64,000 nt of DNA, taken from an uncultured Candidatus Saccharibacteria bacterium. Its GTDB lineage: Bacteria; Patescibacteriota; Minisyncoccia; Phycocordibacterales; Zambryskibacteraceae. The DNA is taken from assembly GCA_964582295.1 (NCBI GenBank), contig CAZOQP010000001.1, positions 9,588-73,587 of the forward strand, in the 5' to 3' direction. A model generated the notes under the pieces. That model was not told the origin of the DNA, searched no databases, and saw only the letters and a list, made by a program, of their open reading frames with translations. This document shows positions 38,850-48,265 of this stretch, one piece after another (within the stretch, counting starts at the first letter, position 1; each line of letters begins with the position of its first letter). The position numbers were made by a program, and so were the translations under genes.

Positions 38850-39194
38850 ATGACAAGAGTTAAAAAAGGAGTAAATGCATTAAAGACCCGTCGAAAGATC
38901 CTCAAACAGGCCAAAGGATATCGTTTTGGCCGCTCCAAAAAAGAAAGAGCTGCCTACGAAGCCCTCCTTCATGCTGGCTCTTATGCTTTTGCTCACCGAC
39001 GCGACAAAAAGAATGATTTCAGACAACTATGGATCATTCGCCTTTCCGCAGCCCTTCGTCCTCACAATATTTCATATAGCGTGTTCATAAATAAACTCAA
39101 GAAAGGTGGGGTAACTTTAGACAGAAAGGTACTTTCACAAATTGCCGCTGAATCTCCTGAAACTTTTAATTCGATTGTAGAAAAAGTTAAATAA
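38850..39194 (+). CDS. rplT: 50S ribosomal protein L20
   Basis: 114 aa (MTRVKKGVNALKTRRKILKQAKGYRFGR). Confidence 0.92.
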   Translation: MTRVKKGVNALKTRRKILKQAKGYRFGRSKKERAAYEALLHAGSYAFAHRRDKKNDFRQLWIIRLSAALRPHNISYSVFINKLKKGGVTLDRKVLSQIAAESPETFNSIVEKVK

Positions 39195-39195
39195 A

Positions 39196-39612
39196 ACGTC
39201 GCTCGGGGTATTCTCTGAAAATGGAGGCACGCACTCAGACACAAAAAGAGACCACTCCGGGGCGTGCCCCGGGTCTTAGTCTCTTTTCGTGTCTGAGTGC
39301 TTTACTCAAAAAACATTTTCAGAGAATACCCCTCGCTCCAAAATCAAAATCCACGTAGGACAGTCCTACGTGGATTTGGTAGCGGAGGGCATGACTCGCT
39401 CCTTAAGAAATAAAACTTAGAGCGAACCCAACAGCATTTTTCACACACGCGGGAGGTGGTTTTAGAAATCAAGGAGTTGAGTAGGAAAATGGGAGTGTTT
39501 GAGGAGGCGGATTGTGCCGACGAGTTGCCCATTTTGCGTTATGAGACGACTATGATTTCGTAAACACCGAAGCGGCAGCTGTTTGAAAAATGCTGTTGAG
39601 TGAGCGGTATTT
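39196..39612. repeat. composite structured intergenic repeat, copy 2 (with nested hairpin insert flanked by TCGCTC direct repeats)
   Basis: Same conserved core as copies 1 and 3 (39429-39598). The flanking helix CAACAGCATTTTT / AAAAATGCTGTTG covaries relative to the other copies. Extra hairpin AAATCCACGTAGGAC-ag-TCCTACGTGGATTT between CTCGCTC repeats. Confidence 0.8.
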
Positions 39613-41021
39613 TATAAATGATATTCTTTTCCTTTTTCTAGAACCTGGGGAGGAATGTCTAAAGTATCTTTTATGCGCTGGGCGAGGAAGCTTGCAGATT
39701 TTAGTTCTCCCATACCTATAAAAACTTTTTTGGGATGAGGAGTTAATTTTGATACAAATTCCACAAGATGGTCAGAATCTTTGTGGCCTGAAAAACCGTG
39801 AATAGAAATTATCCTGGCGCGCACTTTTATTTTCCCTGTTCCTATCATCACTTCCTTTGCCCCCTCTTCAAGCATTCTTCCCACCGTGCCCGCTGCCTGA
39901 TAGCCCATAAGAAGCACTGTGGTGTCCGGGTCCGGAAGATAACGTGCTTCGTGGGAAAGGATGCGGCCTCCCGAAGACATTCCGGAGCCCGCAAGAATTA
40001 TTTTCGGCCCGAGCACTTTTTCTATTGTGTGTGAATCGGAGACACGCGCTGTTTCTTTGAGAGTTGCGAAACGGAAAAGGCCGTCCTTTTCATTCATGCT
40101 TTGAAGCGCCCCTTCATTAAAAAGCTCGGTCATTTTTTCATATATATGCGTCACCCGGATAGCGAGAGGAGAATCTAAAAACACAGGCACGCGCGGCAGA
40201 AGGCTGGCATCCCACATTCCGTTCAAAAGCGAAAGAACTATCTGGGTACGCTCAATTGAAAAACACGGAATAAGAATAGTGCCGCCATTCTCCACGGCTT
40301 TTTCAATAGTATGTCTGAAATTGGCTTCTCTTTCCTCTATACCTTCATGGTTCCGGTCACCATATACGCTCTCCATAAGCAGAAAATCTGGACCCGGCGG
40401 GATTTCGGTATCCCGCAGAAGGAGTGACGGGGAATTACCCAGGTCTCCTGTTGCTAAAAGAGAACACTCCCCTGTAGGTGTTTTCATGTTTATCCAGTAC
40501 ATAGCTGAACCCAAGATGTGGCCAGCGTCGTACGGAACTACGGAAACGCCGGGAGCTATCTCCGTACTTTCATGATAAGAAACCGTTTGCCACAGGGAGA
40601 AAGCGCGCACAAGATGAGCTTCATTGAAAGCGGGCGGGACATTCGCTATGCGGCTTTTTTCGGCCTCAATATGCGCCGCATCCTGAAGCGATACTTCGGC
40701 AATAGCTTTGGTCTCACGGGTTGAATAAATAGTGCCGGTAAAACCTTCTTTCACAAGCTGGCCTATGCGGCCGATATGATCCAAATGCGCGTGAGTAATA
40801 AGAAGAGCACGAATTTCTTTTGCATCATATGCAAATTGCTTTCTGTTCTCCCTTTCATTCTCAGGTGTTCCCTGATGAAGACCACAATCAATAAGAATTT
40901 TTACGGGTGCACCTATTCCATCCGCAGGCGGTATACGGATCTCAAAATTAGCACCTGTAACGGTGCCGGCGCCGCCCCATGGAGAAAGTACGATGCCGGA
41001 ATTTTCTTCAGGTTTCGTCAT
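39612..41021 (-). CDS. MBL-fold metallo-hydrolase, beta-CASP ribonuclease family (RNase J/CPSF-like)
   Basis: 469 aa with HAHLDH motif, beta-CASP and RNA-specificity domains. Confidence 0.8.
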   Translation of the reverse strand: MTKPEENSGIVLSPWGGAGTVTGANFEIRIPPADGIGAPVKILIDCGLHQGTPENERENRKQFAYDAKEIRALLITHAHLDHIGRIGQLVKEGFTGTIYSTRETKAIAEVSLQDAAHIEAEKSRIANVPPAFNEAHLVRAFSLWQTVSYHESTEIAPGVSVVPYDAGHILGSAMYWINMKTPTGECSLLATGDLGNSPSLLLRDTEIPPGPDFLLMESVYGDRNHEGIEEREANFRHTIEKAVENGGTILIPCFSIERTQIVLSLLNGMWDASLLPRVPVFLDSPLAIRVTHIYEKMTELFNEGALQSMNEKDGLFRFATLKETARVSDSHTIEKVLGPKIILAGSGMSSGGRILSHEARYLPDPDTTVLLMGYQAAGTVGRMLEEGAKEVMIGTGKIKVRARIISIHGFSGHKDSDHLVEFVSKLTPHPKKVFIGMGELKSASFLAQRIKDTLDIPPQVLEKGKEYHL

Positions 41022-41374
41022 GATTGTTTAGGAGACAGAAAATAAATAGTGGCGCCAGCTGCTGCGATCGCCGTGAAAACATCATACAAAGTGTCGCTCA
41101 GGAAATTATCTGAAACAAATGTAGTGCCTGTCTGAAATTCAAATATCTCCCAGAACAAAGCAAGAAGAAGTACCACTAGAAGAGCGTAGGAGCGTTTCAA
41201 ATATACGAGTGCAAGGGCGGCAACGCCAATGCCTATGAGCGCGTGCATTAAAAAATCAGACCATTGGTATCTCCAGTACCAAAAACCATGAAGAGCGGAG
41301 CGATGAAAGACCGACGCCGCAAAAATAGAGAAAAATGAAAGGGCAAGAGCAAATGGCCGCCGGGCTGGATGCAT
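41018..41374 (-). CDS. hypothetical membrane protein
   Basis: 118 aa with 3 to 4 TM helices. Confidence 0.55.
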   Translation of the reverse strand: MHPARRPFALALSFFSIFAASVFHRSALHGFWYWRYQWSDFLMHALIGIGVAALALVYLKRSYALLVVLLLALFWEIFEFQTGTTFVSDNFLSDTLYDVFTAIAAAGATIYFLSPKQS

Positions 41375-41420
41375 GAGTTTATTCTATTATCGCACACCAT
41401 TCAAACAGAACGAAAGAATT

Positions 41421-41457
41421 CAGCCATATGGCTGAATTCTTTCGTAGGGCCGCGGCA
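41421..41457. repeat. 37-bp perfect palindrome AACGAAAGAATTCAGCCATATGGCTGAATTCTTTCGT
   Basis: Seen directly, in the 364-bp intergenic region between ndk and the membrane protein gene. Confidence 0.5.
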
Positions 41458-41738
41458 GAAATTCCCTTTGCATGAAGCAATGTGGGTTTCCGCAGCCGGG
41501 GAGCTATGTGAAGTCCGTAAAACGGAGTCAACGTGCTCGGGCAATATAGGAATCCCTGAGAATTTGGTATCCGGAAATTTCGCCAGAACGACCCTGCAAG
41601 AATTATAGACGCGCGAAAGTCCGAATACCAACAGGGATAGCGGAATACGAAACAAAATGCGATATGAAGGCAAGCTGGAGCACTAAAATAGCTCTTTATA
41701 TCAGGATTTTTTGAAATAGCTTTTTATTCCAGCACTTA

Positions 41739-42338
41739 TTACTCCAAAATCCCGTCTATGTTGACGTCGTAGAGTATCTTTTCCTGAACAAGAGTGTAAT
41801 TGATCAGTTCCGCAGGAGAAAACCATATATCTATCTCTCTTAGAGCTTCAGAAGGTTGGTCGGAACAATGGACGAGGTTTCTCACAGCCCGGCCGTCTGT
41901 GTTTGAAATGTCATATGAATCCAAAGTGAAGTCTCCGCGAATGGTACCAACATCAGATGTAGTAGGTTCCGTGCCCCCAACAAGTTTTTTTACGATAGCC
42001 ACGGACTGATTGCCTTCAACTACAAAGCCAACGATAGGACCTATCATGAAATATTTATAAAGCGCCTCCAATACGTCGCGGCCGTATTCAATGGCGGACT
42101 TTACGGGCTCCTTCCCGTCTTTTTTGAGATTTTCCACTGTACGCGACCCTACCTTTTCACACCATACGTCGTCTTTTCCATAATGTTCAACCGTTCTTGC
42201 TTTATCTGGTACGAACATTTTCATGGCAATTATCTTGAGGCCCGTTTGTTCTACGCGCTTCACTATCTCCCCTAAAAGGGAGCGCTGGATGCCGTCGTGC
42301 TTCACGGCCACGAATGTTCTTTCTTTTTTAGGATGCAT
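41739..42338 (-). CDS. ndk: nucleoside diphosphate kinase (with internal insertion)
   Basis: TFVAVKHDGIQRSLLGEIVKRVE...NLVHCSD active-site His motif. 199 aa. Confidence 0.8.
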   Translation of the reverse strand: MHPKKERTFVAVKHDGIQRSLLGEIVKRVEQTGLKIIAMKMFVPDKARTVEHYGKDDVWCEKVGSRTVENLKKDGKEPVKSAIEYGRDVLEALYKYFMIGPIVGFVVEGNQSVAIVKKLVGGTEPTTSDVGTIRGDFTLDSYDISNTDGRAVRNLVHCSDQPSEALREIDIWFSPAELINYTLVQEKILYDVNIDGILE

Positions 42339-42378
42339 AAGGCGTAAGCTTACAGCTTTTATCTTTTAGCTTCAAGCT

Positions 42379-43152
42379 TTAATGAGCAGTGAGAATAATC
42401 GGGCCATCTTTTGTAATAGCGACCGTATGCTCGAAATGAGCGGATTTGGAACCATCCGCCGTTTTATATGTGAAGCCGTCACGTGAAAGAGAAATGTGGG
42501 GCGACCCGGGAGTGAACATGGGCTCAATTGCTATAACAAGTCCTTCTACAAGCCGTGTACCTTCTCCCTTAACTCCCATGTTTGGTACATAAGGATCTTC
42601 ATGCACGGAATATCCCACACCATGCCCCGCCAAGCCCTCGCAAATATTAAAGCGGGCACGATCGGCCACTCTTTCTATAGTCGCGCCTATGTCCCCAGTG
42701 TGGTTGCCTAAAAGGGCCGCATCAATTCCTGCGTAAAGCGCGCGCTGTGTCGCGGAAATAAGCATCTCATCGTCATGGGATATTTTTCCCACTGCAACAG
42801 TGATAGCGGAATCGGTGATAAGACCTTCATGGCGGATACCGAGATCTATGGAAACAACATCCCCTTCTTTAAGTATCTTCATTTTCTCGTTCGGCACGCC
42901 GTGGACTATCTCTTCATTGACCGAAACGCAGAGAGTGGCCGGATATGCTCTCTTTGCGCCTTCCGGTTTGTAGTTCAAAAAGGCGGGCACATCGCCATAT
43001 GCCTTGATGCGCTTCATGGCATATTCATTAAGCTCATTCGCGGAAATTCCGGGCTTTATCATTTCCTTGAGCTCTTCAAGAATGAGGGCGTGTCTTTTAC
43101 CTCCTTCACGAAGGATCTGGATCTCAGAGAACGTCTTGGGTCGGATTGTCAT
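42379..43152 (-). CDS. map: methionine aminopeptidase type I
   Basis: 257 aa with pita-bread fold metal ligands (D, D, H, E, E). Follows adk as in the spc operon. Confidence 0.9.
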   Translation of the reverse strand: MTIRPKTFSEIQILREGGKRHALILEELKEMIKPGISANELNEYAMKRIKAYGDVPAFLNYKPEGAKRAYPATLCVSVNEEIVHGVPNEKMKILKEGDVVSIDLGIRHEGLITDSAITVAVGKISHDDEMLISATQRALYAGIDAALLGNHTGDIGATIERVADRARFNICEGLAGHGVGYSVHEDPYVPNMGVKGEGTRLVEGLVIAIEPMFTPGSPHISLSRDGFTYKTADGSKSAHFEHTVAITKDGPIILTAH

Positions 43153-43828
43153 CTAGATTTATCGCCTCTTCTTTAGGCGCGAGAGCAGAAGATACATAAC
43201 TGTATGAACTAACGCAAGCTGTAGGATCTTTAGGGAGAGCGGCCACCTTCGGAAGCTTGGCCATGATATCTTGCGAGACTTTTTCTATGGACTGCTCGCC
43301 ATTTATCTCAATAAAATTGAATGGCTTTTTCTCACGAAGGTAATCAACTGCCGGCATCACTTCCGTATCAAACCAGGACATCCTCAAAGATATTTCTTTA
43401 GTGTTGTCATCTGCCCGCCCGCGGCCTACCAGGCGGTCGTGGGCCCATCCCTTTGATACATTCATATAAATGACCGTTGGGTTAATGAAACCCAGGAATG
43501 GAAATAGCCCGTCCAAAACATATGCTTCGGATAACGTGCGCGGAGTGCCATCGAAAATAAGACTCTGTCCTTTCTTGTATTCATTCATGATTATGTGACC
43601 CCACGCCCCTACTGCAAGGAATGACGGCTGAAGACCGCCCGTGTCCATGACATTTTTTGCCAAGGTCGCGACGAAATTTTCCTTTTTCATGAACTCACGA
43701 AAAAAATCGCCCAGATAAACGGAAAGATAAGGAATGCCGCAACCCTCCAAATGCTTTGTGAGAAGTGACTTTTGAGTACCCTTTCCGCACCCAGAACGCC
43801 CGATAAACATGAATACTTCCGGCTGCAT
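43124..43828 (-). CDS. adk: adenylate kinase family protein
   Basis: P-loop GRSGCGKGTQ, FDGTPRT. Start set at the internal Met (MQPEVFMFIG) because the upstream part of track ORF 43124..43930 lies inside repeat copy 3. Confidence 0.7.
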   Translation of the reverse strand: MQPEVFMFIGRSGCGKGTQKSLLTKHLEGCGIPYLSVYLGDFFREFMKKENFVATLAKNVMDTGGLQPSFLAVGAWGHIIMNEYKKGQSLIFDGTPRTLSEAYVLDGLFPFLGFINPTVIYMNVSKGWAHDRLVGRGRADDNTKEISLRMSWFDTEVMPAVDYLREKKPFNFIEINGEQSIEKVSQDIMAKLPKVAALPKDPTACVSSYSYVSSALAPKEEAINLDDNPTQDVL

Positions 43829-43846
43829 AGGAATATTGTACACCCT

Positions 43847-44190
43847 AAAATGTCGCTCGGGGTGATGACGAAAAGAGTACGCATAAAAATCTGCTGATTT
43901 TTTGCTCACCCTCGCGCCGTCGCGCTGCACAGCCTCTTTTCGTCATCACCCCTCGCTCCTTAAGAGTTGGAACTTAGAGCGAAAAGTGCAGTATTTTTCA
44001 CACACGCGAGAGGTGGTTTTAGAAATCAAGGAGTTGAGTAGGAAAACGGGAGTGTTTGAGCAACACCCTAACATACGATATATCGTATGTTAGGGTGTTG
44101 CGAGTTGCCCATTTTCCGTTACGAGACGACTATGATTTCGTAACCACCGGAGCGGCAGCTGTTTGAAAAATACTGCACTTTGAGCGGTCA
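43847..44190. repeat. composite structured intergenic repeat, copy 3 (apex replaced by a 42-bp perfect palindrome)
   Basis: Core at 43986-44178. The flanking helix GTGCAGTATTTTT / AAAAATACTGCAC covaries. The apex carries CAACACCCTAACATACGATATATCGTATGTTAGGGTGTTG. Upstream hairpin GGGGTGATGACGAAAAGAG...CTCTTTTCGTCATCACCCC. Confidence 0.8.
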
Positions 44191-44193
44191 TCT

Positions 44194-45468
44194 TTAGTAT
44201 TCTCGAGCGGTAATCTGCGCGCCCAATTTTTTCACAACATCAAGAATAACTGAAACCACAATAAGGAGTGCTGTACCACCGATAGCAAGCGCTTGGAAGC
44301 CGGTCAAAGCTCGCATAACGAGAGGAAGGACAGCGATAACGCCGAGGAAGAGAGCACCAATGAGAGTGAGGCGGGTCAAGATCTTTGCAACATATTCGGA
44401 TGTGGACTGGCCCGGGCGAACTCCGGGAATGAATGCCCCGTTTTTCTGCAAATTATTAGCCATCTGATCTGGATCAAATGTAACGGCAGTGTAAAAATAT
44501 GTGAACAAAAAGATGAGAATGAAATAAGAGACGCCGTAGAACCACTGATTAGCAAGGATAATGGTACCTGTCGCAGCTATCTGCCTTATCACTTCATTTC
44601 CTGCGGTGGACAAGAAGTTGAGGATCATTTGAGGGAAAAGGAGTATGGAAAGAGCAAAGATAATTGGAATAACTCCCGCCTGGTTGATGCGAATAGGAAG
44701 ATAGGTGGACAAGCCGCCATAGACACGGTTGCCTCTCACTCTTTTTGCATAAGTTACTGGAATGGGCCGCTCGGCTTCTGTTACTACCACCACTCCGAGA
44801 ATAACTGCCACGGATGCCACCAGGAAAGCCGCGTACACAGGGATCTGTGCTGGAGTGAAGGAGATAAGAAGCTGGCCCAAGCTCTGAGGCAGAGCAGCCA
44901 CGATTCCAGCAAAGATGATGAGGGAAACACCGGAACCCACGCCGTATTCGGAAATAAGCTCTCCCAGCCACATAAGAAGAATTGAACCAGCTGTGATGAT
45001 AGCCACGTTCAGGAACATTGCTCCAGCCCCAAGCGGCTCAAGCGCACCTTGGCGGGTGAGGAGGGTAAGAAAGGCAACTCCCTGAAGGACTGCCAAAGGC
45101 ACCGTGAGTAAACGTGAATACTGTGCAAAGCGCTTGCGCCCTGCATCCCCTTCTTCCTGCATCATGGCCTTGAGTTTCGGGAAGATGATGGTCATGAGCT
45201 GCATGATGATGGAGCCGGTAATGTAAGGGCCGACGCCCAACATGATTATTGAAAGATTGGAAAGACCACCGCCTGTGAAAATGTTCAAAAGACCCAGGAA
45301 CTGGTTCTGAGCAAAGAATTCCGCCAGGCGCGAAGGATCAACACCCGGAATAGGAATGACCGAAAGCACCCGGAAAATGAACAAGATAGCGAGAACGAAA
45401 AAGATGCGCTTGCGCATCACGCTGTCTTCAAAAAGGAGTTTCAGCTTTTGGACAAATTCGTTCAACAT
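44194..45468 (-). CDS. secY: preprotein translocase subunit SecY
   Basis: 424 aa with 10 TM segments. Follows rplO. Confidence 0.95.
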   Translation of the reverse strand: MLNEFVQKLKLLFEDSVMRKRIFFVLAILFIFRVLSVIPIPGVDPSRLAEFFAQNQFLGLLNIFTGGGLSNLSIIMLGVGPYITGSIIMQLMTIIFPKLKAMMQEEGDAGRKRFAQYSRLLTVPLAVLQGVAFLTLLTRQGALEPLGAGAMFLNVAIITAGSILLMWLGELISEYGVGSGVSLIIFAGIVAALPQSLGQLLISFTPAQIPVYAAFLVASVAVILGVVVVTEAERPIPVTYAKRVRGNRVYGGLSTYLPIRINQAGVIPIIFALSILLFPQMILNFLSTAGNEVIRQIAATGTIILANQWFYGVSYFILIFLFTYFYTAVTFDPDQMANNLQKNGAFIPGVRPGQSTSEYVAKILTRLTLIGALFLGVIAVLPLVMRALTGFQALAIGGTALLIVVSVILDVVKKLGAQITAREY

Positions 45469-45472
45469 ATGC

Positions 45473-45901
45473 TTATGCTCTCACAGAACCGCCGGCCTTT
45501 TCAATGGCCTCTTTCGCTGAGGCAGAGACCTGGATGCCTTTGAGCACGAGGGCGGAGGAAAGAGTGCCGGTGCCAAGGATTTTCACACGCGGGTACATGT
45601 TACCTGTTTTTTTGATAAGACCTTTCATTTCAAGAGTGCGAGTGGTAACTTCTCCTTTCGGCATTTTCTCAAGAGTTGAAAGCGGAAGGGAAACCACACG
45701 CTTCTGAATGGTGTTGTTAAAATAGCCGCGGAGCTTAGGGAGCTTCTTGATGATATCTCGTTCCTCCGGACGCTTTTTGCGGCCTGAGCGGGCATTCTGG
45801 CCTTTAGTGCCACGACCTGCCGTTTTACCGCGCTTACCTCCGCGTCCTACGGTGCGGGACTTCAGGCGCTTGGTTTTTCTTTTTATAGTATTTAATCGCA
45901 T
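45473..45901 (-). CDS. rplO: 50S ribosomal protein L15
   Basis: 142 aa, Gly/Lys-rich. Confidence 0.9.
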   Translation of the reverse strand: MRLNTIKRKTKRLKSRTVGRGGKRGKTAGRGTKGQNARSGRKKRPEERDIIKKLPKLRGYFNNTIQKRVVSLPLSTLEKMPKGEVTTRTLEMKGLIKKTGNMYPRVKILGTGTLSSALVLKGIQVSASAKEAIEKAGGSVRA

Positions 45902-45916
45902 GGGAGTATTTGAAAA

Positions 45917-46603
45917 CTATTTTTTGGAAACTCTTTGAGCACCGGAAAGAAGGGACAACGCTTTAAGTGTGGCCTTTGAGATATTCAAAGCATTCTTTGA
46001 ACCGGAAAGGATCTTTGCATTCACTTCTTTGATGCCGGCAAGCTCAAGCACGATACGGGTCGCGGAGCCCGCAAGAATACCTCGGCCCGGAGCTGGCATT
46101 ATCTTCACGCGTGCGCTTGAATATTTAGCCGAAGTTTCGTGGGGAATGCGCATAGCTTTGGTGAGCTCCACTGTCATCAGATGCTTCTTCGCATTCCTTA
46201 CGGCCTTTTCAATGGCAATAGGGGTGTCACCCGCCTTTCCCTGTCCGATACCGACCATACCTTTTCTATTTCCTACCGCAACGATAGCGGAGAAAGAGAA
46301 GCGGCGGCCGCCAGCGACAGTACGGGACACGCGACGGATAGTGATAAGACGATGATCAAATTCGCTCTTAGGGCGGTCGTCGCGCCTGTCTTTCCTTCCA
46401 CGGCGAGGGCCGCCACGCGCACCACCTCGTGCTCCCCTTTTATCTCTCATGTCAGGAGTGAACTGCTTATCAGCCGCCGCAACAGGAGCCATAGGTGCCG
46501 CCGGCACTGGAACATCTGCAACAGGAGCTTCAGCAACTTCAATTGCTTCAGTAGCTACTGTAGTTTCTTCTGTATCTCCAATTATTTTTGTTTCGTCAGA
46601 CAT
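45917..46603 (-). CDS. rpsE: 30S ribosomal protein S5 (long N-terminal RGG/Pro-rich extension)
   Basis: S5 dsRBD and C-terminal domain (RVSRTVAGGRRFSFSAIVAVGNRKGMVGIGQGKA). 228 aa. Confidence 0.9.
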   Translation of the reverse strand: MSDETKIIGDTEETTVATEAIEVAEAPVADVPVPAAPMAPVAAADKQFTPDMRDKRGARGGARGGPRRGRKDRRDDRPKSEFDHRLITIRRVSRTVAGGRRFSFSAIVAVGNRKGMVGIGQGKAGDTPIAIEKAVRNAKKHLMTVELTKAMRIPHETSAKYSSARVKIMPAPGRGILAGSATRIVLELAGIKEVNAKILSGSKNALNISKATLKALSLLSGAQRVSKK

Positions 46604-46608
46604 GATAT

Positions 46609-46962
46609 TTAAAATGTAAGCCCGCCCTCACGTGCACCATTAGCGAATGCCTCTACCTGGCCAGTGTAAATGAAGCCGCCGCGGTCAAAAACAACCGCTT
46701 TAATACCCTTCGCAATAGCCGCTTTGGCCAAGGCATTGCCCGCCATGGCCGCGCGCTCCGTCTCATTTTTACCCTTTACGCCCTTGGTGGTAGCGGAAGC
46801 GATAGTTACTCCTGCCATATCATCTATTATCTGCGCCCAGAAAAAACGGTTGGATTTGTATATGGAAAGACGAGGACGTAAGGATGTACCAGCCACTTTG
46901 GAGCGGATGCGCGCATGGCGCCTCGTTCTCTGTGTTTGTTTTTTCTGTGAAAGGGATTTCAT
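46609..46962 (-). CDS. rplR: 50S ribosomal protein L18
   Basis: 117 aa. Confidence 0.9.
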   Translation of the reverse strand: MKSLSQKKQTQRTRRHARIRSKVAGTSLRPRLSIYKSNRFFWAQIIDDMAGVTIASATTKGVKGKNETERAAMAGNALAKAAIAKGIKAVVFDRGGFIYTGQVEAFANGAREGGLTF

Positions 46963-46981
46963 GTTTTTCTCTTTTTGGTTT

Positions 46982-47515
46982 TTACACCGATTTCTTGCCC
47001 TGCTTTCGCTTGATGACCTCGTCCGAATAACGGAAGCCCTTTCCTTTGTATGGCTCAGGCTTCTTTAGGTCACGCACGCGGGCAGCGAATTCGCCCACGG
47101 TTTCCTTATCGCTTCCGGTTATTGTCATGGTTCCCTTTTCGATCGCGACCTCAATTCCTTTCGGGATCGGCACCAAAACAGGATGGGAAAAACCCAGGGC
47201 AAGGTGAAGCGTATCATCTTTAACTTCCATCTTGTAGCCGATGCCTTCAAGAATAAGAACTTTTTTGAATTTATCATTTACACCATTCACCATGTTCCTT
47301 GTATGGGAAGCCACAGTGCCTACGAGGGACTTGGTTTCCAAATTCATAACTTTGGGTTTGAAGGAAACCGAATCACCTTCTAGGATTATCTCTATCAAAG
47401 GATTGAGAGGGCGCGATAGTTCTCCTTTGGGGCCTTTCACAGACAAAGTATTATCCGCAACCGTGAGAGTGGTGCCAGATGGAAGCTTTATTCCTTTTTT
47501 TGCGAGACGTGACAT
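46982..47515 (-). CDS. rplF: 50S ribosomal protein L6
   Basis: 177 aa. Confidence 0.9.
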   Translation of the reverse strand: MSRLAKKGIKLPSGTTLTVADNTLSVKGPKGELSRPLNPLIEIILEGDSVSFKPKVMNLETKSLVGTVASHTRNMVNGVNDKFKKVLILEGIGYKMEVKDDTLHLALGFSHPVLVPIPKGIEVAIEKGTMTITGSDKETVGEFAARVRDLKKPEPYKGKGFRYSDEVIKRKQGKKSV

Positions 47516-47542
47516 ATATTTATTTATAGTGAAATTTTTGAA

Positions 47543-47941
47543 CTACCAAATAGTGAAAAGAGCTTCGCCGCCGACCTTTTCTTTACGGGCTTCCATGTCT
47601 GTCATGAGGCCTTTAGGCGTTGAGATGACCATCATTCCGTAGCCGTTCTTTACCGGGCGCATATCGCGGGCAGATTTATACACACGGCGGGAAAGCTTTG
47701 AAACACGCTCTGCTCCGCGGATGCGAGGGCGGGAGCCGACATATGAAAGGGATACGTCAATGTAGCGAGGAATCTTACTTTCTTTGTTCTCACGGGCGGC
47801 CACAGCGGAGATGAAACCGCTCTTTTCCAAAAGATTGAGGATCTCAAGATTGAGGCGCGAATATGGCATAGAAACAGACGCCTTCTCTACGGCTCCTGCA
47901 TTTTTCAAACGTATTAGCATGTCTGCGATCTTGTCGTTCAT
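47543..47941 (-). CDS. rpsH: 30S ribosomal protein S8
   Basis: 132 aa. Confidence 0.9.
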   Translation of the reverse strand: MNDKIADMLIRLKNAGAVEKASVSMPYSRLNLEILNLLEKSGFISAVAARENKESKIPRYIDVSLSYVGSRPRIRGAERVSKLSRRVYKSARDMRPVKNGYGMMVISTPKGLMTDMEARKEKVGGEALFTIW

Positions 47942-47953
47942 TTTATTTAAAAT

Positions 47954-48139
47954 TTACCAGGATGATTTCTTTATACCGGGGATCTTTCCCTCATTGGCAA
48001 GCTCACGGAAGCAGATACGGCAGAGATCGAAATCCCTCATATAGCCGCGCTTGCGTCCGCAACGGAAACAACGGCGAACCGCCCGAGTGGAAAACTTGGG
48101 GGTTTTAAGCGACCTTGCTACAACTGATTTTTTAGCCAT
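47954..48139 (-). CDS. rpsN: 30S ribosomal protein S14 type Z (zinc-binding)
   Basis: 61 aa from the internal Met ([12 protein letters not shown]...[25 protein letters not shown]) with a CxxC...CxxC motif. Confidence 0.88.
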   Translation of the reverse strand: MAKKSVVARSLKTPKFSTRAVRRCFRCGRKRGYMRDFDLCRICFRELANEGKIPGIKKSSW

Positions 48140-48265
48140 TGTTTCTAAGTTTCTAAACAAAAAAAGCTCCAAAAAGCTTCGGCTCATCCTAGCAGGGAGA
48201 GGTATCCCTGTCAACGGCTCAACCGGCTGGTTGAGCCGTCTAAAACGGCCTGGTTGAGCGGCTTT

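Noticed and set aside
41600-41645. GAAAGTCCG motif suggestive of RNase P RNA P4.
   Set aside because: No following GGGC or the complementary CCGGCUU strand, and no other RNase P conserved blocks in the spacer.
43829-43930. N-terminal 34 codons of the adk track ORF.
   Set aside because: This sequence is the upstream hairpin of repeat copy 3 and is not conserved Adk sequence. The P-loop follows the internal Met.
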